A DNA stretch of 64,000 nucleotides from Lama glama (taxonomy: Eukaryota). Shown in pieces: positions 12,331 to 25,800 of this stretch; position 1 is the first letter of the stretch, and every line of letters starts with the position of its first letter. The position numbers were made by a program, and so were the translations under genes. Where the stretch lies: NCBI GenBank assembly GCA_028534125.1, contig CM052825.1, positions 1,302,001-1,366,000 of the forward strand. Direction: 5' to 3'. The notes under the pieces were generated by a model, which had not been told where the DNA came from, made no database searches, and saw nothing but the letters and a program-made list of their open reading frames with translations.

Positions 12331-13400
12331 TCTGTGGTGAAATATACGTAACGTAAGGTTTTAACCACTTCTAAGTGCACGCGTCAATGGCATTAGTTTG
12401 TTCCAACTGCCGTACGACCATCGCCACCACCCATCTCCGGGACTCATCTCCCTGAAACCGAAGCTCTGCCCCGATACACGCTGACTGCCCCGCCTCACCC
12501 CCGCCCCGCCCCCTCTCCTACTTTATCTTTATGGGTTTGACTCCTCAAGAGACCCAGCAGAAGTGGCATCAGGCTGGCTCCCCCACTGAGCAGAACTCAC
12601 TCAAGGTTCCTGCACGTGCAGCAGACGTCCAAGGGCCCTTCCCTGCTAAGGCTGGCGCACCCCAGTGTGCAGAGAAGTCACGTCCTGTTCATCCTCTCAC
12701 CTGTCGGCGGACACTGGGCTGCATCCAGCGCTGGCTGCTGAGGATGGCGAGGCACCCCACCTTTCACACCCCTCCAGCGACGCACACAGGCTGCCATTTC
12801 TCTGCTTCCTCCCCAAGCCCATTCTCTGCCGGTTTGGAAGCAGCCACCCTGCTGGGGGAGGGGTGACGCCGCGTGGCTTTGACCCCCATCCCCCGAACGA
12901 TCAGTGACACTGAGCATCTTTTCATGTCCTTATTGGCCATTTGTTTACCCATTTATTTCCTTTGGAGAAATGTCTATTCAAACACTTGGTCCATTTTTCA
13001 GTCGGGTTGTTTTCTTCATGTTGAGTTGTGAGAATTCTTTATATATGCCGGGTACTGGACCCTTAGCAGATACGTGATTTGCATATGTTTTCTTCCTTAT
13101 TTGGGATGGATTTTCAGTCTCTTGATGGTGTCCTGTGACAAGTCTAAGTTTCAAATGTTGATGAGATCTGCTTTGCTTACCTCGTTTTGCTTGTGCATAA
13201 AGACGCCTGTGCATCTGCTGCTCGGCATCACAGTTAAGAAGCGATCATCCAAGGTCACAAAGACTCACGGCACCAGCGTTTCTTCTGAGAGTCTCACAGT
13301 TTTAGTCACTGCATCGGGGCCTCTGACTCACATCAGTAACTTTCTGCACGTGGTTCAAGGCAGGACCCAAATTCATCGTTGTGAAGTTGTCCCAGCACCA
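12331..13400 (-). mobile_element. L1MB-type 3' end and ORF2 tail
   Basis: tgtggtgaaatatacgtaacgtaaggttttaaccacttctaagtgcac...; gagcatcttttcatgtccttattggccatttgt...tttggagaaatgtctattcaaa. The minus-strand ORF gives QMANKDMKRCSVSLIVRGM, an L1 ORF2 motif. Confidence 0.88.
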
Positions 13401-13409
13401 TGAAGTGAG

Positions 13410-14285
13410 TTAGGAAGTGTGTCCCCCTCCTCCACGTTCGGTGTTAACTCCTCCTATAAAGGTAAGGCGCAAGTCCCCGGCGAACTCTGCTGGAAATGCT
13501 TTAGACGCTGACCACCCGTTACGGGCCTGCTCGGACTTCCTGTTTCCTCTGAGTCGGTTTGGACGCTTTGCGCATTTCTGGGCGTTTGTGCCTCTCGGCT
13601 AGATTACCTGCACTGCCGGCGCGCAGTGGCTGTAACTCTCTCTCACGTAACTCACTCCACTTCTGCAGGCTCGCTTCCACCCCCCACCCCCGATTTTACC
13701 AGCGAGACTTCTCTCGGGTGGGCTCGGCCGCTCCAGCTCAAAGCTTGTCAGCTGTATTCAGCTTCCTCGTTGCTTTTCTCCACTGCCCCCTGTCCTCCCT
13801 TCCGTTCGCCTGTCTCCTGCATTTCCCCCCGTCTGCTTGCTGTGGGTCTGGGTTGCTCCTTTTCCCGGCTGGTCACGGTGGTTACGATCTGAGAGCTCTC
13901 TTCGTTTTTCAGCTTAGGCACCTGCAGCTCTGCATCTCCCTCTGAGCGCTGCTGCCTCTGCTCCCATGGCCTTCAGCACGCTCAGTTCACTCTTGCCCGT
14001 TACAAAGTACCTTCTAGCTGCCCCTGTGACTTCTTCTCTGACTCCCTGGTTATTACGCAGTATGTTAATTCCCACCTATTCGTGCATTTTCCAAATGTCC
14101 TTTTATCATTGGTTTCCAACTTCATTCCACTGTGGTGGGAGAGCACACTTGGTCTGATTTGGCCCCTTGTAAATGAGGCTCGTCTGGAGGCCTGACGTAG
14201 GGTCTGCCCCGGGTACCGTCCCGCGGGCTCTGGATAGGAAGGCGAGTTCTGCTGCTGAGGGGACTGTTCCACACGTCCCCAGGCC
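13410..14285 (-). mobile_element. L1 ORF2 5' (endonuclease/linker) fragment
   Basis: cttcttctctgactccctggttattacgcagtatgttaattcc...tttccaacttcattccactgtggt. The minus-strand translation includes SHHSGMKLETN...WELT, similar to L1 EN SDHNGIKLEIN. Confidence 0.8.
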
Positions 14286-15379
14286 TAAACGTCCTGGCCT
14301 ACAAGTGGGGACAGAAGTCCCTCCTCACACGTACAAGGAGGGCCACTGCAGCCCCGCGCTCAGACCAGGAGGACGCGAATGCAGACCTGCGGGATGGCAG
14401 AAACAACTCCGATCCAGACAGATCCCCGAGGCACAAGGGCAGAGTCCTTCCCCACCCGCACGCTGGCTCCCCTCTGAAAGCACTCAGGCCTCTGACGCCA
14501 GGGCTACGTTTGGGTTTCCGGACGCCAAACGAGGAATCGCCTCAGTGATGGCAGGAAGCAAAGACCCGGAGACCTGGGCTGCGGGGGGCCTGGGAAGACT
14601 CCGCGGGCCCCACCCGGGCTGCTCTGGTGCAAGAGCCGTGTGGCCAGCGGGGAGCCACCCTCCCAGAGCCCCGCGGGGACACACAGGCCACCTCTCAGGA
14701 GCGGCGACCCCGGCTCAGCACTCGCAGGGGCGCACAGCACTCAGCCAGAGGAGGGCCAGGCTGGCAACAGAGGGGAGTGCTTCTCTCCACACCAGTTCTT
14801 CACAGGAAGGGGATTTCGAAGCGGCCATCTGTCTGTGAGATCAGCAGCCTGAAGCCGCACAGCCACACAAGGAGGAGCTGGGCTCAGGCTGAGCAGCAGG
14901 ACAAGCCCCGTTTAAACGGTAACAATGCGAAATGCTCAGGACGCACGTTACAGAAGTGAGGCCCCACCGCACCCTGGCTTCCAGGCAGCAAGGACTCCGG
15001 GCGGCCTGGCGAGGCTGGACCATACCCGCCCTCCCTGCAGGCCTCCCCCTGCCCAGCCCACCGCCAGGCCAGGAGAAGGGGAAGGTGCACCGGGCACAGT
15101 CATCAAGATGGAGCAGCTCCCCCCATAGGGTGCCTCCCCCAAGAGGGCACCCCCCACACTCACGGGTCCCCGTGAGGGGGATCTCTCAGCTTCCCCATCT
15201 TAAAAGCAAAGAAAATGAGACTCAGAAGGGTGACGAGAGTGGACGGGGCAAGAGCAGGACCAGGACCAGAACCAGGTCCGCCCGGCCCGGAGCCCCCCAG
15301 CCTGATCACGGCTCGGAGCGCGGAGTTCTCCGCTTCCGGGTTGGACGGCACAATTACTGGTCGGAAGACATAACTAGAG

Positions 15380-16620
15380 GAGAGACTCCAATAAAAGCAA
15401 CAAAAAGATAAAAGAAAAGAGAAAGACTGGTGTGAAATCCATGGGAAGGCGATCTCAAAACTGCGGAAATTTAAGAAAACGAAACGACTGGCAGGCACGT
15501 CCAGGGCAGGAGAACTCAAGGGCCAGCGTCGCAGACGCGCCCGCCCTCCCCTCAAATAGCCTGCGGATTCAGTACAACGTCAACTAAAACTCCGTTTACC
15601 TGTAACTAGATAAACTGACCCTGGAGTTCACATGAACAAACAGACAAGCCAGGTGTCATAAACGAGTGCAGAACGTGGCGAGCAGGGCGCAGCCGCCTGG
15701 GCGCTGAGAGCGCAGCGCGCGGCTGCGCCAGCCACAGCCCCGAGCAGCGCAACCGAAAGCCCTCATGCAGACTCACAGCTGCGTGCGGAACGGGCTTGGA
15801 AAGAAGACCGGTTATTCATGAAGTCACACGAGGACAGCCGGGAAGCCTTCGGGAAAAAGCAAGTGAAACCCTGCTTCAGGTCCCATCGAAAGACAGGCTC
15901 AGATCAGAGGTCTGAGACACAAAGCACAGAATCACGACAGAGAAAAACAACGGAGAACACTCTGGTGACTTAGGAAAGAGAATGTCCTTTCCACGTGCAC
16001 ACAAACTCAGAACAGAAGCGCTAAGGAGAAACCTCACGTGTTCAACCAGGAAAAAATTTAAATTAATGTCTGGAAAGAAACTTTATAACCAGAGGGGAGA
16101 TGTGAAACTGGGAAACTGTAATTTCAGACAAAGGGCTAATTTCCTTAAGCTATTAAAAGCTCTTCTAAAAATCAATTTTCAAAAGGACACAATAAATGGA
16201 TAGAGATTATGAACGAACAGACAGAAAACACATAATTAACAGCTATGCTGAGAGCACTTTACCAAAGCCACAATCTGAAAGGCCAACGACGCTCACAAGG
16301 TGCTCGGCGTGGGGGGTCATTAGGGAACCCACAAGGAGATGGCATCGGACACCGGCCGAGCGGCGGGCAGACTGACAGCCCCAGGTGCCGGCAGCGGTGC
16401 GAGCCCGCAGCTCTCAGGGCGCTGGGGAGAAGGGAGACCGGCCAGTTCTCACCAGGACACACGGGCCACGACGCCGTGCCCAGATGTGCTCAAGACGTCC
16501 CCTCGTGTGTCGTCCAGCACACCTGTACAAGGACATGTACCTTAGCCTTGTCTGTGGTGGTGAAAACTGGCCGCCACCCAGATGGAGTCCCCATCGCAGC
16601 CCACACTCCGCCTGCAGCGC
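15380..16620 (+). mobile_element. Old L1 (L1ME-like) ORF2 3' half
   Basis: A-rich, with aactagataaactgaccctggagttcacatgaa, cagacaaagggctaatttcc and agatatgaac-like blocks in L1 order. Confidence 0.7.
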
Positions 16621-16689
16621 CTGACACCTGCTGACCGCCTCTGTTTGTCTGCACTCACTGAAGCGCCCACTGCAGGACTTGTTCTGGGG

Positions 16690-17748
16690 GTTTTGCCGAG
16701 GGCACCGAGGCACAGACCCACCGCACCTGCCGGGTACCCTTTACCTGGGCAGTTCCACACGCACCTGCTCTGTCGTCAGCCACGCCCCCTGCTCCCACCC
16801 CAGAGATCGCGAACCCGGTTTCCACCCCCACGGTCTGCCCTCTCCCACTTGTCAGATGAGTGAGTCATCACACAGGTAGCCTTTGCGTCTGGCTGCTTTC
16901 ACTCAGGAAAACGCATTCCCGGTTCATCTACGTTGCTCTTGATTCAAGAGCTTGGTCCGTTTTATCACCGACCAGCATTCCAGGGTGAGGACGGGCCGGC
17001 TGGTTCATCCGTTCCTCTGCAGAGGGGCGTCCTGACTGCCCCTGGTCTTGATGATGGCAAACAAAACTGCTACAGACATTCGCGTCCAGGCCCCTGGGTG
17101 GACGAAAGCCTTCAATTCACGTGGGTCAAGACCTAGGAGGGCAGCTGCTGGGGCCCGTGTGTGCCAGAACTGAGAGGAGCCTCGCGGCCTCCCCAGGTTG
17201 CTTTCCACGGCGGCTGCTCCCCGCTGCACCCCGCCAGCAAGAGGGAGAGCGCCTGCTGCTCCAGGCCTCACCGGCCAGGTTCCCTTTACCTGGGTGCTGT
17301 GGCGAGTGTCTTAGATTTTGGCCATTCTGAGGGGGTGCGGTGGTGCCTCGCTGCCATTTCAATATGCGACTCCCTGATGACACGTGACGTGGGGGGTCCT
17401 GTCTTACGCATGTTTGCCTTCTGTGTATGTCCTTTAGTGAAGTGTCTGTTCAGACCTCTCACTCATTTTCAAATTAGACTGCTTCGTATTGTTGAGTTTT
17501 AAGAGTTCTTCCTGTATTTTTCGTACACTCTGATTATCAAATACGTGATTTGCAAACGTTTTCTTCCGGTTTCTTGTGTTTTCCTTCACTTCAGAGTTTC
17601 TTTGACAGAGCAAGAGTTCTCAACTTTAACGAAAGCAAATCGATCAATTTTTTACTTTCATGGATTGTGCTTTTGGTGTTACACCTAAAAAAACTATTGT
17701 CAAACCTAAGCTCACACAGATTTTCTCCGATATTTTCTCCTAGAAGAT
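16690..17748 (-). mobile_element. L1M (MC/MB-like) 3' end
   Basis: gtagcctttgcgtctggctgctttcactcag, gattttggccattctga, cctttagtgaagtgtctgttcaga, gatttgcaaacgttttctt and attttctcctagaag. Confidence 0.85.
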
Positions 17749-17789
17749 CACAGGGCCTTTTCAAGTGCTGAGCCAGAGAACGTGCACAT

Positions 17790-18330
17790 AGCAGCGCTCG
17801 GCCCAAGCAAAACGTTCAGACCTGTTCGCTTATAAAACGTGCGTACTTTCTGAACAATTCCGCTTCTAAGAACTTCTCCTACAGGAGTAGTAAGTGATGC
17901 AAGCAAAGCTCTGGGGACACGTGTGTTGGCCAAAGCGTCATTTACAACAGTGAACCAAAAACTGAAGACAAACATCTAACAGGAACAATTTGGTTAAATA
18001 AAGGATTCGTAACGACAGGAATTCACTATCGAATTCATCAGGCTGTACCTCTGAAATACGTGTAGTTTGCTGCACAGGAACCACACCCCAGCAAAGGTGT
18101 TTAAAAAACAGAGAGTAATTCATTGCCAAAAAGTTACATTTTAAAAGCGTGGTTAATGTGGAAAACGTTCACAAAAGATTAGACAAAATAAGAAGACCCA
18201 AGCCAAGCACGCTCGGAGTGTTGCACTTTCCCCAAAACGACATCAGCCAAGTGCACGCCTCGCACGTGCGCGTGCCGGGGAGCACCTGAGCCAGCGGGCC
18301 ACCGCGGCGCCCGCCGGGCGGAGGGTTACG
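17790..18330 (+). mobile_element. L1ME-type 3' fragment
   Basis: aacaattccgcttctaagaactt...gcgtcatttacaacagtgaaccaaaaactgaagacaaacatctaacaggaacaatttggttaaataaa. Confidence 0.65.
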
Positions 18331-19059
18331 GGAAGCCTTCACCCTCACCTGTCCTGCTTTCTTCTCCTGCGCTGTCAAGTGCTCCCGATGGAAACGCTCC
18401 CCTTGTGTAAGCAGAATTTTACAAAGTTACAAATAACAGCTGCCATCTTCTTCGCCTCCCTCCTGCCCTCCCTCCTTCCTTCCAGCGTGGAAGCGAGGCG
18501 TCCAGCACGAGGAGCAGCAGGCGCAGCAGCCCCGCGGGGAGAACCACTCCCATCAGTCAGAGCCCCCGCCTCCCTCCCGCACAGGACGGCGCTGGCCCTG
18601 CACACACAGGCTGGGGCCAGGGCCCTCCCCGGGGACCCACAGGAAGCGACTGGCCCTGCTCAGAGGAACTCGGGGTGCTGGCCAGTCACAGTCAGGGGCT
18701 GGGGGCACCCCCAAGCAGACTTCAATCGGCAGGAAAGGCCCAGGGTGAACACATCATGTTACCAGCTGGACAGTCCAGCTGGACTTCTCCCAAAGACCCG
18801 GAAACAATTCGGAGGGAGAAACGGGACAAACGGACCCGCCACAGATGGCAAGTGTCACCCTGGAAAAGAAGACAATCCCTAAGGCCAGGAGGGCAGTGCT
18901 GGGCCGGAGGCCACAGACCCGCCGGTCCACAGCACCGTCCCCAGGGCCCCGCGGGACCCACCCAGAAGCAGAACGCAGCTCTCACTGTGTAACTGGGCCC
19001 CGCCCTCAGCAGGGAACACTGACCACCCACGAGTGTTGACACTGGTCAGAGCACCCGCC

Positions 19060-19375
19060 CCAAGACCCGTCCACTCAAGCAAGAGGAGAGAGACAAGAAA
19101 AGGGACGCAGCAGACTCAACAACACGCTGACCAGGGCTGAGTGGCACGGAGAGCAGCCTGGCAGAGGACAGGGCGGAGCTACTCTGGGAGATGGGGTGGC
19201 CGGGAAGGGAACATTTGTGAGGAGCCAAGAGAAACGCCAGGGAGCATGCTGCTGCCTTACCTGGCCAGAGAATGTTCCAGAAAGGGAGGCAGCCAGTGCA
19301 AAGGCCCTGGGGTGGGAGCAGGACCTGCAAGCGCAGGTGCAGCACGGCAGCAGGAGCACAATGAAGCCAGAGAAG
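19060..19375 (-). mobile_element. L2 fragment
   Basis: gggaagggaacatttg...agaatgttccagaaagggaggcagccagtgcaaaggccctggggtgggagcagg is a characteristic antisense L2 block. Confidence 0.75.
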
Positions 19376-19414
19376 TATTATTCCTGGACCCCACCCTTCT
19401 CCCCACGCCACCAA

Positions 19415-20480
19415 TTCCAGGTGGACAGTGGCTGTGAATGTAAAATGTAAGAAACAAAGCTCTTTGAAAAAACACAGCAGAGCATTTTTCTGATCTATGT
19501 AACCAAAGATTTTTTTAAGACACAAAAAGAGGTAACAGCATGAGACAAATTTGATAAATAAGATCCAAAATTAAGAACTTCTATTACTCAAAAGACAGTG
19601 ATGAGAACACTGGAAGTAAGCCACATACGGAGAGAAGGTGTTTGCTATGTACACACGTACACACAGAGACCACATAAAAAACTCCCGCAGACCAGCAGGT
19701 GTGTGACACAACCACCCAAGAGGGAAACGGGCAGAGGGCTTGACGACGCACATGCCAGACAGATGACGTCCCAACGGCCAGTAAACGTCCAGACAGGCGC
19801 TGAGCCGCACTGTCACCGGGGGAACAGGGGAGGGGGACACACGAAGGAAGCGCTAGCCCTGCCCCCAGGACAAGTCACGTACCTGAAAGCACCAAGCGCG
19901 AGTGAGCCCAGGGGCGGCCAGATGTCAGGTCAGCGCCGCCGGGGGCCTGGGGACATGCCCCGCACACGCACACACACGGGGTCTGACGGCCCAGCGGCCC
20001 CGCTCCTCAGTCTGACACGAGCACCAGAGATAGGCGGGGACGGCCAGGGCGGGGACGGCCAGGGCGGCGCGGCCCACGAGCAGCCAGGGCGGCGACCCCC
20101 ACCCCGAATGCCCACCAGCCGCAGGGGGGGTTCAGAGAACGATGGTACAGCCACCAACCGCAACACCGCACAGCAGTGACAGCGAGCCAGTGACGACTAC
20201 ACGCGCGTGAGCAGAGGACAGCGTGTCTCTTCTGGACCGTTCGGCACACACGAGCTCACGGCCCAGTCATGTCGGATCAAAACAGGCAAGAGTGGTCTGG
20301 GGCTGGCGGCCAGGCCGGTGACTCCCAGGATCGGGGGAGGGAACTGGAGGGCGGGGGGGGGGCTTCAGGGGCTAGTGATCTTCTGCTTCGTGATTTGGGA
20401 GCCGGTTTCACTGCTCACGGATAGTTTGTGTTTTTCTTATACGTGCTTCACGTCAACAAAAAGTGACGTAAATGAAGATA
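19415..20480 (+). mobile_element. L1M (MD/ME-like) ORF2 tail and 3'UTR
   Basis: aaaattaagaacttctattactcaaaagacagt, gagaaggtgtttgc, aaacgggcagagggcttga, and a 3' end ggggcttcaggggctagtgatcttctg...atacgtgcttcacgtcaacaaaaagt. Confidence 0.8.
20033..20067. repeat. 15-mer tandem duplication GGCGGGGACGGCCAG inside L1
   Basis: Exact copies at 20033-20047 and 20048-20062, then a partial copy. Confidence 0.9.
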
Positions 20481-22791
20481 ATGTTTCAAATTTAAAAGTC
20501 ATTAAGTAGCAAAAGTTATTGTAAAATATCTTTTGAAAGCTTTTGCTTGAAGGAGAAGCACACACTCCTCCATCCAGCCTTCCTTTAATTTCAAAGCAGA
20601 AAGGCAGCAGGCCCTGCAGGGAGGGTGCCCAGCGCTCCCAGACACACGCAGGGCTTCATCTTCTGGGGACCCGGGAGCAGCACCGGCTGTCGCTAAAAAA
20701 GAAGACAGTGAACAGGAGGGAGACTGAGGGAGAGCAGCAAGCCTGGTGGGGCGGGGAGGCAGGTCCCCAGACAGCCGCCTCCACGACCCGCCCGCTGCCG
20801 GCACCCGGCACCGGGCACGCACGCTGAGCACAGGCTGGGTGGGCGCTGCCAGGACTCTGCAAAGGACTCCAGAGCAGGGGCCAGGAGGAAGAGCCAGGCT
20901 GGAGCCACAGACAGGCGGCAGCAGGGGGACAGTGGTGCCCACAGCACGTTCAGTGGCAGCAGAAGGCAGGGACCGGGTGGCTGGAGAAAGAGGGGGGCGG
21001 GGTCCTCCCCAGGGGAGACCGTGGTTCTGTACGGAGCGGGGAGCGCACAGCGGTGGGAAGGGTCTGAGAGATGTGTCAGAGCCGGGCGGAGAAGACAGGG
21101 TCCAATTCCTTCGGACCTGCAGGCATCCGATGTGTCACGCTGTCTCGGAGGTCACAAAAAAGTAAGCAAGCACCACAGCCAGGCTGGCGTGCGGACAAAG
21201 CCGGGCAGGCTGCAGGCCCTGCGCAAAGGAAAGGTGTCGTCCAGACCCGGACGGGAGGCCCCCAGGGACCCCTCCAAGAGAACGCCAATCAGAAGGCCGT
21301 CCCAGTTGGCCAAAACAAGGACTCCCAGAAAGAAAGGGGCGTGACCCCCCGTGCGATCAGGTACAAAGCAGTCCCTCTTGAGCACATGGGCTGTGAGCGT
21401 TCCCTCCCAGTGCCATCACCTGCAGACAACACGTCAAACCTGGCTCCAAGACTCACACAGCCCCACGTCTGCAGTGATCTTGCATTCTGGCTCTCGTGAT
21501 CTGCAGGGCCCATGTCCCTCCCATGGGGCCTCCCCACTGGGTTCCGCATTTTGCACTTTCCTGCTGCCCTCCTAGGATGTCACTGGCACACCCACCTCCC
21601 ACTCCACTTGCTGTGTGCAGGGGCACCGGGGACACAGATCCGAAGAGGGCGCCCTGGTTGTAGATGTCCCCGAAGACAGCTTCACGCGCTGCAGGACGGC
21701 AGGGAAGCCCTAGCAGACAGCAGAGACCAGGACCAGGGTCACGCATGCCCAGACTCAGCTGGAGAAGGGCAGGTGCCCTAAGAACTTCTTGGAGACGTTC
21801 CAGGCAGACCAGTCAGCTCAGCCCCCTCCAAGGGGCACAGGGATGGGCACAAGGGGCGGGCTTGCTCAGCTGCGGCCCGAACGGGGGCTGAGTGGGCAGA
21901 GCTGCGCAAAGCGCACTGGTCAGAATGCTGGCTCCAAGCCCGTCCCCAGCCCTGATGGGCCTGTGGCTCCGGGCGAGGGGCCGTACAGGAGCTTCGACCC
22001 AGACGACTTCAGAGGGGCGTGGCCGGGTCTGGGTGGCAAGAAGCCCCGGGCCTGGGGCATCGGTCAGGCTCTGCACACGGGAGTCCCGCTGGTCCACCCA
22101 CCAAGGAGGCTCAGCCCAGCGAAGAACAGGAGAGCTCAGGCCCCCTAAACTGTGTGCAAACGAGGCTGGGAACAGGGAAGAGGCCATGCCAGGGCCACAG
22201 AGAAAGGAGACCCAGACCCTGGGGCTGCCCAGCAGGAGGGGCCGCACCCGGCAGCATGTGGCCCCACACGGAGCGTGGAGGCCGAGTTCCGCGGCAGCTC
22301 TCCACCGTGTGTCACGGTCACGTGTGTGCACATGCACGTGCACACACGCGTTTGTCCTGGCCGGCTGACGGCTCAGGAGAGTGAGCTACACTGAAGAGGC
22401 CCACCCGCGAAAGAACCCCAAACTGTGCATCACGGCGGAGCTCCGGACGCCGGGAATACAGGAGGAGGAGCCCAGCTACCAGGGGCGCTCCCTGCGACCA
22501 GACCGATGGCGCAGAAAGCCACGCTTCTCACCAACGCCACGCGGGCAGTGAGGACGGGACAGGGGCCAGGCCGGCCGCCAGGTGAAGGGAGAGGAGACCT
22601 GAGACCAAACACGTCAGGGGTGTTGCCCTCAAGGGGGTCCCGGCAGGAAGGTTCCGCAGGCACGAAGCCAGTGCCAGGGTGACTCTCCCACCCTGGACCG
22701 AGGCGCCCACCTGCCCCTGCGCTGGGAACGCTGGCCGAGCTCTCGCCCACTCGGCTCCGAACCTGGTGAGCCCCGGGGCGGCTGCTCTGCC

Positions 22792-22820
22792 TCGTCAGCA
22801 TTCGTCAGCATTCGGCAGCA
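22792..22820. repeat. 10-mer tandem repeat (TCGTCAGCAT) x ~3
   Basis: ctcgtcagca ttcgtcagca ttcggcagca. Confidence 0.9.
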
Positions 22821-25800
22821 CGCTGCTCCTCTCTCTCTCGTTTGCCTTCCTTTGTGCTACAGAGATAAGTAACGTTTCTAATCTCTGCTATCGCCCAGCT
22901 GCAAACGCTTGAGCATTTTTTTTATTTAAAAAGTAAAATCTCATTTTAGATTTGCAAGAGAGACAGCTACCCACACACGTACTAACAACCTGCCACCCAG
23001 AGGCCAGGCGGGCCCTGCGGACAGAAGGGCACACGTCACGGGGGAGCCACCAAAGCCCCAGACACCTGGATGAGGAGACCCACGTCTCCAAAATTCCTCT
23101 AGACACACGCAGAGGCCTCCCACCCACTGTCACCTCCTGCTGACAGTCTGGAGGCATGAGCTACCAGTTCTGCGGGGAACCACCTCTGGGAGGCCACGCA
23201 GGACCCCCAAAAAACTGGCTGCTCCCTGCAAGGACCCCCCCATGGGCCGACCAGCCATGAGAAGGAAGAGCACGGGGCCCTGGGGTGCAGCAGAGTCAGC
23301 GAGGGGCCAGGGCTGAGCGCACACACCCTACTGCCTGAGGGCCACAGCCTCTCTGCAGGCAGGGGCTCTCACACTTCACACGACGCCTAGGCCTGTCTGG
23401 GGACAGCATTCGGCCATCACCCCCCAACAGGTGGGGATGAGAGTAATCAAGCAGAGCAAGGGGTGCCCAGAGCACCTTCCAACGACAGCAGCCGGCAGGG
23501 GACAGGGCAGAGTGACAACGCCCACTGCACCCTGGACTGGCACCTGTGCGCTCGTCTGGTCCTGCAGCCCCAGGAGAGGAAGCAGCAGCCTCTGGGCCCA
23601 GCGTCAGGGCAGGGGTCAGAGCTAAAAGGCGGTCCCGCCAGGAGCTTCTGAAGATGAAAACCCTGCCTCCTGGTGGGTGGTGACAGCGGCACCTGGACTT
23701 CACAAGGCCCGAGGGTCCTGCCGGGACAACCCAGCCAAGGGCGCGGCCCTGCAGTGCCCGGCCCCTCCCCACCCACTGGCACGGCGGGAGCCGGGCGCTG
23801 TCCGTGGTGCTGGGCCTGGCTCACAGCAGGGAGTCCTTCCACACAGCGGCCCTGACAGCACACAGGAAGCAGGGCGAGCCTGAGACACTCAGACAAGTCT
23901 GCCTGAGCCTCGGTCGGCCTGCATATCTTACCTCATCTTGGCAACTTGTTCTGGTTTTGTCAACATCTTAAAAAGTTATTTTGACCCTGGAGGGGCTTGG
24001 AGGGCAGGACATGAAAGGTCTCCGCTCACAGCAAACGCAGCCCTAGCACTCACCCTCACGCTCACCTTCATTTCCCAGACACACCTGAGAGCTGGCGCCC
24101 GGGTTAAAATTTTATCATTTCTGTACCAGCTCAGTTATCAGCAGACTCTCATTTGCACGTGTCAGAGGAAGAGAGAGTCACCTAATTAACCACTTTCCCA
24201 TCAACCAAAGGAAGGGGCTGTATGCCCATTTCTCCTCCACTCCAGCTTCCCACCCGCTGAAACCCCCTCCCCTTTAATCAGAGCAGACTCCTCCTCCTCT
24301 GTCACTGGGGGCTGGAAAAACTCACGCCAATTACAGGGATTTTGAACAGGCCAACGTACACACCGTCCTTCTCGCTATAAGACCTGCCACTGAGGGGAGA
24401 CCCCGACCACGGAGCGGGCTCTGCTCCACCCTGAAGTCCCCACCCAGGAGGCTGTTCAGACTGGAAGGAACAGATCCTCTCTGCCGCCAACACAGCAACG
24501 TGAACAGATGTCACCGCGCTCACCGGCTAGGCCGCGCTCTCTGCGGCCCCGAGCCAGCACAGGGCCCGACACACACTCCGAACCACGCGGAAGATGGAAG
24601 GGGCGCGAGCTCCGGGCAGACGGCAGGGCTGGAGCCAGGAGGCCTCGCTCGCCCAGAGCCTGACCTTGCCGGTGAGCCTCTGACCCCGCGTGCACCATGG
24701 AAATGAGTCTACCCACCAGCAGAGGCCGCGGTGACGGCACAGGAGGGAGCCAAGTCCTGGCACGGTCACCACACGGTGGGTTCTCAGCGGACACCAAGCC
24801 TTGCAGCCGCAGTCACCACCAGCACGGCACACACTTCAGCCCAGACGTGACCCCAGGTCTACCACCCAAAGATGTGCCACCCCGCTCCTCCAGAGGTGGG
24901 AGGTCAGTGTCTGGAACAGGCTCTGCAGATGGGCACTGCCCCCTCCCCAGCTCCAGCCCCACAACCCGAAGGAGAGACACCAGCCCCCTGGAGTCAGCTC
25001 TGCAGAGCCCTGTCACACAGGCTCGCCCCAGCTCCTTGTCCCCTCTGCCTGGATGTCTCCACAAGTGGCCACTCCTACTTGTGCTCAGGTCTCGACCTCA
25101 GGGTCCCCCGATTCCTCGGGGGGGGCAGTCGCTGACCACCCCCCCCACCCGACCAGGGCCCTTACAGCCACGCAGTCCTCACCTCTGCCGCCTCCGTGTG
25201 TGGTCCTGCAGGAGACACACGCTCGGCGAGGCCACGGGCCACGTCATGTCTGTCCCTGAGCAGGCAGCATCCAGTGCATGCAGCTCAGTGAACACGCTCC
25301 CATTTGAGCGAAAAAAATGGAGGAGGAAACGGGCGGAGTAGGGGGTAAGTAAAGCATCCCTGAGAGGCCGCCGGCACTGGACACGCTGTGCGGAGTGGGG
25401 CCCCGGGAATCAGATGACGCTGCTGGACCGGCGCACGGTGGGCCCGGACGGCCCAGACAGAGCACAGAGGCTCCAGCTCTCTCTCAAGGGCAGAACACCC
25501 AGACGAGGCCCCAGAGGGGGCTGCGCTGGGAAGAAAAGGGAGTGGGGGGCCCACTCCCCACCAGGGCACCCCCATAGCGCACGGCTGAGCCGCAGAGCCA
25601 GCATCCCTCCACATCCCCAGGGAGGCTGACAGTCACAGGCAGCGCCCTGGGCCCTGGAAACACGGTGGGGAGCGCACAGTCACGGGAGGAGGTGGCCCCG
25701 GAGCCCAGCAGAGAATTAAGTCTGCAGCTGGTGTCTGGACACCACCGACGAAGGGAAGTGTGTTCCTGAGCTGCCCGGAGCTAAGCGTCCCCAGTCACAG

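Noticed and set aside
21130-21590. Possible LTR (CCAAT box, TG...CA candidates)
   Set aside because: No TSD, polyA signal or family match that I could verify.
23922-23985. Minus-strand donor GAG|GTAAGA with short upstream exon candidates
   Set aside because: The longer version has stops in all frames, and the 35-nt version has a poor acceptor and no homology.
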